From positions 4,650,001-4,714,000 of the forward strand of contig NC_079238.1 of NCBI RefSeq assembly GCF_027921745.1: DNA of 64,000 nucleotides. The letters are read 5' to 3'. The translations under genes were made by a program, and so were the position numbers. The DNA comes from Schizosaccharomyces osmophilus (Eukaryota). Every line of letters begins with the position of its first letter. The stretch's first letter is position 1. The notes below the pieces were generated by a model. It ran no database searches. It had not been told where the DNA came from and worked only from the letters and a program-made list of their open reading frames with translations. Below, piece by piece: positions 12,412 to 23,448 of the stretch.

Positions 12412-13327
12412 ATGAATGAAAAGGAAAGAGAAAGGCATCTAAAAACTGTCGAACCAGCCGAAGTTGCTTGTTTGAGCTCTTCTACAAGTTCTGACAGCTA
12501 TTTACCGAAGTACAGCGAAATCCCCTATTCTCATGCTGACAATATGGAGAAAGGTTGTTTATGTTTACATTACGATCCAGTTCCACCATACTCAGGAAAT
12601 AGACACCAAGAAGCGTCTACCAACATGGCAGGAGAAAATATATTCTCTATTTCTTTACGAAATGTTTTGACGGCATTATTCTGGTTGATTTTCTGGCCGG
12701 CAAAAATTGCGAGAATCTCCGAAGCAAAGCGGAGACAGGAGAATGAAGTTCTTCGGCTTGGTTGGTGCTTTATTGGTTCAATCGTATTGGACTTTTTCTT
12801 TTCTTACTTTTTCCTTGTCCCCTTTATAAAGGAACCGATGAAAGAATCTGTATGGACATGGTTTCAAGCTACTGTGGCAGCTGTTCTTGTCGTCATGACT
12901 TTCTATATGTTCTTATTTGTTTTTTCACGTAAGTGGAATGGTGGGATTTTAATTTGATATGTTTACTAATGGGGTACTTTTAGTGTTGGTGGATTCAATC
13001 GTTATATTGATTCCTCTAGTTTTTTCTGGGATTTCCTCGTTTTTCTCTGGGATTTTTTCTGGGATTTCCTCGTTTTTCTCTGGGATTTTTTCTGGAATTT
13101 TTTCTGTGATTACTAGTGCTCTAGGCTTCAGGATGTCATCGGATAGAAACGACTTGACGGATGATAATAGTATCCCATTAAACAGCTTGCCACCAGAGCC
13201 TGAAAACCAGTTCAACGATCGTAGTGATGATACTTTTAAACAACCGTCCTCTGAACATACTGAGCAATCTCCAGGGTTACGCCAGGAACCGGGTCAGTCT
13301 AGGGATGTTGAAAGCGGTGGGAATTGA
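12412..13327 (+). CDS. wtf-associated (wag-like) multi-pass membrane protein; 2 exons (12412-12928, 12984-13327), 286 aa
   Basis: Intron GTAAGT..CTAAT..TAG joins ORFs 12412 and 12959 in frame; N-terminal LPKY and VPPY motifs; 3-4 hydrophobic segments; divergent from wtf inside the 5S pair. Confidence 0.75.
13022..13111 (+). repeat. In-frame tandem repeat: 33-bp unit x2 plus two 12-bp partial units (FSGISSFFSGI)
   Basis: TTTTCTGGGATTTCCTCGTTTTTCTCTGGGATT at 13022-13054 and 13055-13087. Confidence 0.9.
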
Positions 13328-13644
13328 TTTATACGGAAAGTAAAGCATTGTTTTTTATAATGTCCGGTCTTTTCGATTTTTCTCCAGCATGCTTTTGCTT
13401 ATGTTAATGTTTCATCTTTGCATTTTGTATTTTATATTTATTCGTCAAGCACTTTTTAATTACTGATCCTTATAGAATCTTTTATTTTCTAACTAATAAG
13501 GAATTTAATTAATTATTGAATCATGGATGACCATTGCTTCCTTGCAATCACTAGTAGCTATAAGTCAAAGGACCATGTCGATCACGATTAAAGCCATGTG
13601 CTTCAATTAAAAGAGCAACAGAAAAAAAAGAAGCAAAAGTGAAA

Positions 13645-13763
13645 AGCCTACAGCATCCCGGATTCCCATGTTGTCTCCAACCATAGTACTAACGAGACCC
13701 TCAGACGCTTAACTGCAGTGATCGGACGGGAACTGGTGTTTTCGCCTAGGTATGGCCGTAGAC
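13645..13763 (-). rRNA. 5S rRNA gene, copy 2
   Basis: 119 nt, same orientation as copy 1, three differences from it, followed by a T-run. Confidence 0.97.
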
Positions 13764-14849
13764 ATTTGATTATTGAAGCTAAACTAATTTGTGCTAAATT
13801 TAGTAAAGTAATTTATAAAGAACATAATTCTTTGACTTACGCCAATCAATTTCAAGCAATTTGGATATCTTTATCTTCATTTTTTTTTTTTTTTTTTTCT
13901 TTTTTTTTTTTTTTTTAAAAAAAAATTGAAAAGTAGATACTCGAAGCCGTCTATGTGTTTTTAGCTATTCATTCCAACCCGATTTCGCATCTTCAAATTT
14001 ATGAAACATTTAATTCAACTGAAGAAAGTCTTTTGCATGATGAATTAAGGAGGACTGGTATCAACTGTTTGCCAAATTGCATACGACTTTTGGAGCAAAC
14101 GCAGTATTGTCTATATATGATCGTGTTTTCTTTCGGGCAAAGCATATTAACCAAAAAGATAAAGCAATCTCTACTCTTACAAACAAATAGGAAATGACTT
14201 AGATGAAAGAATTTTATTAACATTTCTTGCTAAGGTATTCTATTGTTTACGAATTTGTAAACAATCAATTTTTTTTTTTTTTAACGCGGAATCTTCTATT
14301 TTTAATGAATCTCAACCTTTCATAGGAAAAGCCAATAGACTTTTGGAAATTATTACATTAATTTGGAGATATGTGTTCCCTTTCCACTGGGAACAAACTG
14401 CATGTCTTTTTAACTCCAGCAGAGCCGGTCACCCAAAAAGTTGCTCGTCTAACTATTCGTGCATCCTCAATATTAAGATATGAATTGAAAAGAAAAAAAT
14501 AAAAAAAGAAAAAATTAAAAGTTTGTTCATTTGCAGAGAAGGAGGATACCAATCAATGTACCTATAACTTAAGTCAAAAGAGAGACTCTACTTAAGTTCC
14601 CAAAAATCAAATTTCGAAACCTTTGATCTTCAATCTTTTTTAAATGGAGTTTTGTTTTCTTTTGATTAGTATTAATTGATCTATTTTTATTTTATTCCTT
14701 CAGCGTCTCTCTCAAACCACCCTGAAACCCAAGTGTAAACAAGTCCGATTTACTACGTTATGACTCGATAAACGAATTATGCAATGCAACACAGTGATAC
14801 ATGCATCGTTTGTATACATTAATAATATTGCCCCCATTGATCACTAAGC

Positions 14850-14857
14850 CGTGACTG
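14850..14857. promoter_or_regulatory. Homol D box upstream of rpl10
   Basis: CGTGACTG (reverse of CAGTCACG) about 80 bp before the ATG of a ribosomal protein gene. Confidence 0.7.
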
Positions 14858-14935
14858 TTTTTTGGTGGTTTACGAACAAGCGTTTCTTACTTAAAAATAT
14901 TGTTCGTCCACCAACCTCTTTTGAAACTAAACAAA

Positions 14936-15601
14936 ATGGCACGTAGACCCGCTCGTTGCTACCGCTACATTAAGAACAAGCCTTACCCCAAGTCTCGTTA
15001 CAACCGTGCCGTCCCTGATCCCAAGATCAGAATCTTTGACTTGGGCCGTAAGCGTGCCACTGTTGACGAGTTCCCCTTGTGCATTCACTTGGTTTCTAAC
15101 GAGTTGGAACAAATTACCTCCGAAGCTCTCGAAGCTGCTCGTATTACCACCAACAAGTACTTGGTTAAGATCGCTGGTAAGGATGCTTTCCACCTCCGTG
15201 TCCGTGCTCATCCCTACCACGTTGTCCGTATCAACAAGATGCTTTCTTGTGCCGGTGCCGATAGATTGCAACAAGGTATGCGTCACGCTTTCGGTAAACC
15301 CAACGGTTTGGTTGCCCGTGTGAGAATTGGCCAAGTCTTGATGTCTATCCGTACCAAGGACTCCAACCGTACTACTGCTATTGAAGCCCTCCGTCGTTGC
15401 CAATACAAGTTCCCTGGTCAACAAAAAATCATTGTTTCCAAGAAATGGGGTTTCTCTCAATACAACCGTACTGAATTCATTGAGAAGCGTAGCCGCGGTG
15501 AAGTCATTCCTGATGGCTGCTACGCCAAGTTCTTGAACAAGCGTGGTAAACTTGACGAGAAATTTGAAGCTTTCCCTGATGCTTCTTTCAACCTTGCTTA
15601 A
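14936..15601 (+). CDS. rpl10: 60S ribosomal protein L10 (uL16)
   Basis: [11 protein letters not shown]...[22 protein letters not shown]; strong codon bias. Confidence 0.99.
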   Translation: MARRPARCYRYIKNKPYPKSRYNRAVPDPKIRIFDLGRKRATVDEFPLCIHLVSNELEQITSEALEAARITTNKYLVKIAGKDAFHLRVRAHPYHVVRINKMLSCAGADRLQQGMRHAFGKPNGLVARVRIGQVLMSIRTKDSNRTTAIEALRRCQYKFPGQQKIIVSKKWGFSQYNRTEFIEKRSRGEVIPDGCYAKFLNKRGKLDEKFEAFPDASFNLA

Positions 15602-15923
15602 GTTAGCATAGCGTACAACGCACTACAGCTTGTATAAAATTTGGTTTATCCAGGAGTTATATTCATTCAGTAAATCATAGGTATAAATTTAAACATTGTT
15701 TTAGTTGCTACTATTTGGAATTTTTAAGAGACAATCCACAATAAGACATTGCAAAAAGCTAAACCGAAGATAATTAGACCTGTAACGAAAACCGCATATA
15801 TATGTTATTTTACAATCTAATGTACACAAAATCTGAAGCCGTTAGAGTTGAACTCTTGAACTATTGTAATCCTGAAACCCTGAAAAAATCGCTTAGTACT
15901 CCCAGAAAGCAAACTAAACCATT

Positions 15924-16922
15924 TTAAATTAACAAATCCTCATCAGCATCCTCTTCTTCGTCAAAATCGTCGACCTTATCCGCATGGTAAATTATAGCAC
16001 CCCCATCGACGAATCCAAATTCAGCTGGCTTTGCGACGTCTTGGGCGCCAAAATGAGGTAGAAACACTCCTTCTCGTTCTTTTCGTTCTTTTTCTGACAA
16101 AGTAAGATTGAAAGGAACATCGAGATCCGTCGGTGCTTCCGGCTCTAACTGCTTCTGAGAGCCGACAAAAGGCGTAAAGGCTTCAAGAGCCCCATTTTTT
16201 AAAGTACATGTTTCTTTAATAACACGTCCGCTCTTCTTTCGAAAATCTACGTAACAAACTATAGCTGTTTCACAATTCGATCCTAACAGATTGACAATGG
16301 TGCAATCTTGTAATTCTTCCGTCAATGGGTTTGGTTGACTTCGCATTCTCGCATCGTGTTCCACCATGATATGTTGCATTCCAGTGAATGAAACAGTGCA
16401 CGTACTTGTATAGTCTAAAAATGTTTCACAGGTGGGGAGGTAAGATGGATAATTTTCCAACGATACGTCCTTGTGGTAGGCCGTAAGGAATGCAGTAGAT
16501 CCCAAAGCCAGGATAGATCCAAAAAACATAGAGAAACTAGATACAGAGTTGTTCAAAATTGGATTTATGACATCAACGACAATTAAATGCTGATGCTCTG
16601 GTTTCCACCATTGCACAACCTCGTCATACAACTCTTTCAAGCTCTTCATTTTATTCCAGCTTGTAGCATAGATGAATTGGTCGACTTCAGAAGGGCAGTT
16701 GGCTTTTAAAGTCTCGTAAGAAACGAATAGCACTTTAATATTTCTGCCGGAAATCAATTGTTAGTAATTTCGTACACTGTGAAACACCAGTCTTTCGTAC
16801 CTGGAAGCTGCTGACTTGATCATAAACTGAAGGAGAGGTTTACCCGTTTGCTGAATATCATCCTTAAGAACTGTCAATGGAGATAATTCGCGTAAGCATC
16901 GATCAAGCAAGAATTTTGACAT
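15924..16922 (-). CDS. elp5: Elongator subunit Elp5/Iki1; 2 exons (16922-16801, 16743-15924)
   Basis: SPLTVLKDDIQQTG, FRKKSGR, FNLTLSEKERKEREGVFLPHF, GGAIIYHADKVDDFDEEEDADEDL; intron restores the frame. Confidence 0.88.
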
Positions 16923-17186
16923 CTTATAATTATATTCACGGGGAGCTCGTATCAATCCAAAAAATCCTAGAAACCCTGTCAAAGCAACCGAACAAATAGA
17001 AACAAAGAAAATATATATTGGCTTTTGAGGAACCTATACTGCTATCCAGTATATAGAGACGTTCTTTCCTATGGTCTTTTAGAACCCTTGTGCAACTGCC
17101 AAAGAATAGCGAATCTGTACGATCACGTAAAATTAATATTGGATGGATTTCTTGTACTTCGCAATTTGAGACATTGGGACGTACAT

Positions 17187-17204
17187 AGGGTAGGGCTGTG
17201 ACTG
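17187..17204. promoter_or_regulatory. Homol E + Homol D boxes upstream of rps21
   Basis: AGGGTAGGGC immediately followed by TGTGACTG. Confidence 0.8.
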
Positions 17205-17268
17205 TTGAGCCAAACAGCATCAAAATACTAGGAGAAGGAGAGTAAAGGTCAACCCAACTTTTTCAAAC

Positions 17269-17594
17269 ATGGAAAACGACGCTGGACAATTGGTTGACCT
17301 TTACGTCCCCCGCAAGTGGTAAGAAATACTTTTGAAAGAAACATAAGAGAAAGATGAACAAGTACTAACAGTGTAAATAGCTCTGCCACTAACCGTATCA
17401 TCCAAGCTAAGGATCACGCTTCCGTTCAACTTAACGTTTGCGCTGTTGACGCTGAAGGTCGCCAAATCCCTGGCGAGAAGACCACCTACGCCATCTCCGG
17501 TTTCGTTCGTTCCAAGGGCGAGTCCGACGACTGCATTAACCGTCTCACCACTCAAGATGGTCTTTTGGATGGTGTCTGGTCTTACCAACGTTAA
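17269..17594 (+). CDS. rps21: 40S ribosomal protein S21; 2 exons (17269-17318, 17381-17594), 87 aa
   Basis: [33 protein letters not shown]; missing from the ORF track because of the intron. Confidence 0.97.
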
Positions 17595-18208
17595 GAGCTG
17601 TATTATGCTTCTTACCTAGAAAAAGGTCAAAATTGATGCTTGGAATTTAAGCCAAATTCTTATTTTTGTACGGCTTGTAGTATTCGTGGGTTTAATAAAA
17701 GTAATTGAAGAGTAGATTCATGTAGCAAGTGCTGTTTCAGTAGTACGGTTTTGATGAAGAATTTCTTGAATTGTTACGTGGGTTAGTGTATGATTTACAC
17801 AACTTTTGATTCTGTTATGCAGTGAATTCTTCCAAAGCTCATCCATTGATTCATTGAGAAGGCTTATTTTGGCTTATTTTCGTTGTGTAGTCCTTTCTAT
17901 TTCCAAAATAGTTCCTATGATACTGTGATTGTTTATTCTTTCTCATTATCAAGAAATAGGGCCTTATTTGACACCTCGGAACGGTATGCTTTATCGATAT
18001 TGTATAAACGAAGTTTATGTGATTTAGGTGATTCTTACAACAAACACTTGTAGTCGTTGCAAACACCCCATAATCATAGGAACTTTGATGCTTTCATCCG
18101 TTTTTGAATAAAATCGAATATCAAATTTGGAAGAATTCCTCTTTTGTGAATAGTTATTACATTGAAGTTGTTGAACAACATTCACCTACATCAAAACATC
18201 AACAAACA

Positions 18209-20188
18209 ATGTCGGAATCGTTACAGTCCCAATCACCGGAGAAGCAAGTCCCTTCTTCTTTAGCAGCTTTTACGTCCAACATTCCGAATGAATTATTTTT
18301 AGGACCGGATGGTCGTCCCGTGCCTCTGGAGCAACGAGGCTCGAATCAACAATCCCAAAAAAACGTGCCTCGGGCTTTAGTAAATGAAGATGATATTATG
18401 GCTGTCGAAGGGATTATGAATCATGGTGGTAGCAATGAAAGGCCTTCCTTGTCTCATACACCTAGCTTTGTCGACCTCCAAGGTACTCATCAAAACCATC
18501 GTACTGAGAATGCTCGAAATTTTGGAACTTCCAGATTAGACGATGTTGCTCCAAACGCAGACGGTATTCGCCGGCTACGCACTTCTGCCTCCTCCTCTGG
18601 GTTATCTGCTGCCCTTCGTCATGCCAAGAATGAACCCCAAGTATCTTCTACTCTCTCTTTACCTGCCATGGCACAAAAGGCCCATTGGGAACGTGAAACA
18701 CCCGAAATTTGTGTGCCACTAAACCCTGACACCGGTTCTGTACCAATCATTCATCCTGAACAAACTGATCGTGGCCTTCCTTACGCACCTGACGAAAAGT
18801 TCGTTAACTCCGGCTCTCGCAAGTTGCCTAGAAACATATCATTGGATGAGTTGTCTCGCTCACCGCCTAAGCACGTTGACGAGAATGGTAACCATAGCGA
18901 TTGTGCTCCTCCTGAGCCTTGGGAAAATGAATACAACGAAGTGTTGGATGATGTAGAACGTGCTGCCGAGGGTACTGCCTCTCTTCCCTACACCTCCAAG
19001 CCTTTAGCTGAGGACCGTCAGCGGTCTCATTGCAACCTCACTGAATCTGATAACATCTGTGGTTTGACCGCTGGTAAAAGCGAACCGATGCCCGATATCG
19101 ATCCATCTACTACAATTGACGAAAACAGCTCTCTTGAGCCTCAACAGGGATTCTTTACCAAAGATGGTGAAGGTACTGCTGGCATGCCTTTTGACGTCGT
19201 TAGTAACTTACCCATTCCAAATGAAAATGCTCACCATACTTCTTGGGACAAGAGAAAACCATCCAATGTGGAGCCTAAGAAGGCAACATTTCAACTCCAA
19301 TCTCCTTCTACTACTACACCCAATACTCCCACTGTTTCCCGGAACCCGAGCATTCCTGATCAAATTGCCCACTTAGATTCTCAAAAGGAAACAAAGAAGG
19401 AAACGCTTGATAAGGAAGAACCTAAGAGAGAAGTTGAAAGAGAAGATATAAAGGAAGTTCCTAATGAGGAACTTAAGAAAGAAGAGCCCAAGAGAGAAGT
19501 TGAAAGAGAAGATTTAAAGGAAGTGCCTAATGAGGAACTTAAGAAAGAAGAGCCCAAGAGAGAAGTTGAAAGAGAAGATTTTAAGGAAGTGCCTAATGAA
19601 GAACTTAAGAAAGAAGAGCCTAAGAAAAAACTAATAAGAGAAGGGCACAAGAAGGAAAATGGTGAACAGTTCAATATTGTTAAGTCTCTCCATAATGATA
19701 CTACAAAAGACCAAGAAGAAATGGAAGGTAAACTAGAGACCGAAGAACAAGGTGTTACTTCTCCGGAAGATAAAGCCGAGTCCGTGCCTTCGTCGGATGG
19801 TTCCGAAACATCCGCTGCAAATGAAACTGCGCGTCGTCTTAATGCGCGTCCCAACAAGTTTACCGGATCTCGTGCTGGTTTTGTCGCAGCATTGGAATCG
19901 CGCCTTCAGAAGGGTCCTTTGATGCAGGCATATGCTCCCAAGCCCAAGTCACCATCCCGTTCTGAATCTGAAACCTCTGTAATGAACAATCCATGTGAAA
20001 CCAATAATGAAGCTGCGAACAAAGATTCTACTGATCTTTCTACTGCTCCTTCAGCTTCTCTTCCTGATGCTCGCAAAACCCGTGCTCGTGGACCTGCTCG
20101 CCGACCTCCTACTATTGCAACAACCAAGTCGACTTTTATGATAAGTGACATGGACGTATTTTTGGAGTTCCCTCCATCGAACTGCTGA
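18209..20188 (+). CDS. aim21: Aim21-like low-complexity actin-patch protein
   Basis: C-terminal RAGFVAALESRL and LPDARKTRARGPARRPP (capping-protein-interaction-like); synteny; first ATG at 18209. Confidence 0.7.
   Translation: MSESLQSQSPEKQVPSSLAAFTSNIPNELFLGPDGRPVPLEQRGSNQQSQKNVPRALVNEDDIMAVEGIMNHGGSNERPSLSHTPSFVDLQGTHQNHRTENARNFGTSRLDDVAPNADGIRRLRTSASSSGLSAALRHAKNEPQVSSTLSLPAMAQKAHWERETPEICVPLNPDTGSVPIIHPEQTDRGLPYAPDEKFVNSGSRKLPRNISLDELSRSPPKHVDENGNHSDCAPPEPWENEYNEVLDDVERAAEGTASLPYTSKPLAEDRQRSHCNLTESDNICGLTAGKSEPMPDIDPSTTIDENSSLEPQQGFFTKDGEGTAGMPFDVVSNLPIPNENAHHTSWDKRKPSNVEPKKATFQLQSPSTTTPNTPTVSRNPSIPDQIAHLDSQKETKKETLDKEEPKREVEREDIKEVPNEELKKEEPKREVEREDLKEVPNEELKKEEPKREVEREDFKEVPNEELKKEEPKKKLIREGHKKENGEQFNIVKSLHNDTTKDQEEMEGKLETEEQGVTSPEDKAESVPSSDGSETSAANETARRLNARPNKFTGSRAGFVAALESRLQKGPLMQAYAPKPKSPSRSESETSVMNNPCETNNEAANKDSTDLSTAPSASLPDARKTRARGPARRPPTIATTKSTFMISDMDVFLEFPPSNC
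19412..19624 (+). repeat. Coding minisatellite, 66-bp unit x3.2 (KEEPKREVEREDxKEVPNEELK)
   Basis: Visible in both DNA and translation. Confidence 0.95.
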
Positions 20189-21081
20189 GCTCTTTTAAGG
20201 AAGTAGTTTATAAGCTTTGTGCTGCCAAAGCTTTCTGGTCCACTATCAAGCCTCTGCATAGTTGTCCTTCAATGATTGCCCTTAATTTATTTTGGTAAAT
20301 GACTAGCATACGGAAATGGTTTACTACGTTCCCGTAATGTAAGCTATGAATAACCACAATTCGAATATATGTTTAGAGTTTCAGAACATTTTTATACCAC
20401 TTATAAGAGCCGAATGTTATTTTGGAATTATTAAAGAAGTTTCTGATCCTCCTTTTTGAAGTTACGCTACTTTAATGAAATAAAGACAAGACATACAGAT
20501 TTAAGCAGCTGTAATAACCCATTGAATAAGTAATTGAATTTGTAAGCATTTACTATTGTTAGGCATAAATCATATGAAATACAAAAACCTTTTAACTAAA
20601 GCACATTTGTATAATGCACGTCAAACATCCTTCAAGCGTTATTTAGGATAATTATAAGCAAAGCTACTTGCACTAAAATGAAAAATCGCTAATTAATTAG
20701 ATCTTAGATGTTTCCGCGTGCTTTGCTATGCTGAGATATACGAATTACAGGATATGCTCAAATATTCGGTTATCTATGAACGGTCTTATTTTTTTTTTAA
20801 GAATAAAAGGAGGAAATCTCTGCACTATATTTGCCTAAAATTCTATTCATTCTATTGAATTCTGGAAAGGCCATAAAAATGTATCGACGTAAATAATATT
20901 TTACTGTCTGCATACAGATGCTGAACAATAACAATCCGGTTTATAGATTATATAAATAAGTAAGGTTTAAAGGTGAAAACTCTACCCGGATTTTCTTGTT
21001 TCTCGTTTAATGCCTTTTTGCAAAATAAAGTAAATTAATCTGAACACTTGTGTTTCTTGTCGCAAGAGTCGTCTCAAATAA

Positions 21082-21654
21082 ATGCGAGAAACCAAATTGA
21101 AAACTAGTAGGTTTCTACTAAAATCTCCTGTTGAAGAGGATGATTTTGATGAAATTACGGAAATAAAATCCAATCCAAAAGTCTATCTCACACAGCTATA
21201 TGGAAATATCACTAGCCGGGAGTATTGCAGGTTTATGTTTCAACACTATATAACAGATGCTCGGGTCTCTCTAGCAAGGCGAAAACGATGGGTTTTCGGC
21301 ATTTATCCATTAGAAACATCTTATGAATTCCCAAAACGAAAGTATATAGGGAACGTTGGGATCTCAAAGAACGCAGTTTCTTCTGAAACAGCTGATCTAT
21401 TTTTTGAGGTAAGCCCTGATTACTGGGGTCTTGGCGTTGCTACAGAGTGCATATCCAAAGCTATGGAATTTGCCTTTGAACAAGGGGTAAAAAGAATTGT
21501 GGCAGATCCCGTGCATGGAAATGAAGCAAGCAAAAGAGTTGTTACCAAACTTGGATTTCATGATACTGGCCGCTCTGTTCCTACATATACGGGCACCTCG
21601 AAGCATATCTATGTATTCCCAAAGCCAAAAGCGGCAGCAAGAATTAAAAATTAA
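21082..21654 (+). CDS. GNAT (RimJ/RimL-like) N-acetyltransferase
   Basis: PDYWGLGVATE, GNEASKRVVTKLGF. Confidence 0.85.
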   Translation: MRETKLKTSRFLLKSPVEEDDFDEITEIKSNPKVYLTQLYGNITSREYCRFMFQHYITDARVSLARRKRWVFGIYPLETSYEFPKRKYIGNVGISKNAVSSETADLFFEVSPDYWGLGVATECISKAMEFAFEQGVKRIVADPVHGNEASKRVVTKLGFHDTGRSVPTYTGTSKHIYVFPKPKAAARIKN

Positions 21655-21963
21655 GCCATCAAATGTCAATTGGACACTATTGCTCCGTTTCTTTTGCAAC
21701 CTCGCGATTACGTTTGATTAAATGTTCAAAATTACAAGGGTTTAATGCAAAGCAACTTGTTTACATTCTTATGTCAGTGACCATAGTAAATTGCTTTCAT
21801 AGAATAATCAATTACTATTTCTGAAAGGATTCGGCAAATGAATAAAATAATCTGTAATTCTATTCGCTCTGTAATGCTGCATTTTCATTATGTTATTTCA
21901 TTACACTGAGCGGCTTCACTAGAGATATCCAACCATAAAACTGAGGATTTACTGGATTTGTGA

Positions 21964-23388
21964 ATGAATGCTATGATACTATTATTAAAAAAGCCATTTA
22001 AAAATTCTTTAAGTTATGCACAAAACTACTTTGTAAAAAGATTCTCGCAGTATAACCACGAAGAGCGACTGTTTACAAATTTACACAGGAAGGAGAGACG
22101 ATCGATCAAAGATGCCTTAGATGAACAAACAAGATTTGAAATTACAAAGATTCTTAAAAAAGATCCAATTGACATTGTATGTGCCTTTCCTGGGAATCAA
22201 ACCCACAATTCTCAATGGTGCCAGGTTGCTAATTTCTAACATTAGATAAAAACTATAGAAAAGTCGCGTCTGAGAGGCAAAAGCTCAGGAATGCCTACGT
22301 TTCTGAAAATGTTGGATGTTAGAGATGAAATGGCCAAGGACAGCAATATCGAAAACAAACGTAAAACAAGTGTTGTCGTCATCAATGCAGCCGAAAACGA
22401 ACCCGGGACTTTTAAAGATAGAATGCTGTTGTCTTATGAACCGTTGAAGATCATTGAAGGAGCATTGATTGCTTCTAGTGCAGTAGACTCCACCCTTTGC
22501 TACATATATACCCGAAAAGATTACTACGCAGAAATGATTAACTTACAAAAATCAATAGTACAATGTTATGGAAGCAAACTATTAGGAAGAAATATCCTTG
22601 GAACCAATACAAAACTGGATATTCTTGTTCATCCAGGTGCAGGTACTTATATCACCAGTGAAGAGTCCGCTTTATTAGAATCTCTCGAAGGTCGTTTTCC
22701 GATCGCAATGCAACTGCCTCAGCCCGTAAGTGCAAAGGGTTTATTTGGATTACCGACTCTTATGCTGAATGTGGAGACAGCAGCCAATTTATCTGATATC
22801 ATGAAGAGAGAAATATCGAATAAGGAAGTTGAAAATAATTATGAAACCAAGCTGTTTTGCATCTCGGGAGATGTGAACAATCCAGGTATAACAGAGGGGA
22901 AGTTATCTTGTAGCTTGAAAGAACTCATCGAAACACACACAGGGGGTGTGAAAGATGGATGGGACTCATTGGTCGGCGTATATGCTGGGGGTCCAGCTTC
23001 AGGCATTTTAAATAAGGAACAGTGTGAACGGACGACTATGGATTACCAGACTTTGGAAGCACTTGGCTGCAATCTTAAGAATGGATCACTTATTGTGCTA
23101 AATAACCAGGATCATGTTGTTGATAGCCTTCTCAACTTCTTTAGGTTCTACTCCAAAGAAACTTGTCATATTTGTCCCGTTTGTCGTCCAGGAATTGAAG
23201 ATGTTGAGGATGTATTGACTGATTTACAACATGGAACAGCGAATTTTGGTGAAATACAAAATATACTTTCACGTTTTCAACAACCTATGCAAGAAGGTAT
23301 AGTTTGCGGTTTTGCTGATAATTTTCGACGCCCATTTCTAACTTATGTAAACAACTTTCAGCACGACCTCGTCCGACGAACACGATGA
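21964..23388 (+). CDS. Divergent homolog of the complex I 51-kDa subunit (NuoF/NDUFV1); 2 exons (21964-22176, 22246-23388)
   Basis: NAAENEPGTFKDR, GAGTYITSEESALLESLEG, TKLFCISGDVNNPG, CHICPVC..C; intron GTATGT..CTAAC..TAG. Confidence 0.88.
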
Positions 23389-23448
23389 TAACATACATTT
23401 TAATTTCTGTATCAAAATAATAAATTAATGGTTCTTAATGTATATTTT

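Noticed and set aside
13022..13111. Short direct repeats considered as a CRISPR-like array
   Set aside because: Eukaryotic, in-frame coding tandem repeat without spacers
14927..15460. Long antisense ORFs over rpl10 (similarly over cyt1, rps21, sui1, rpp202)
   Set aside because: Shadow frames caused by codon bias
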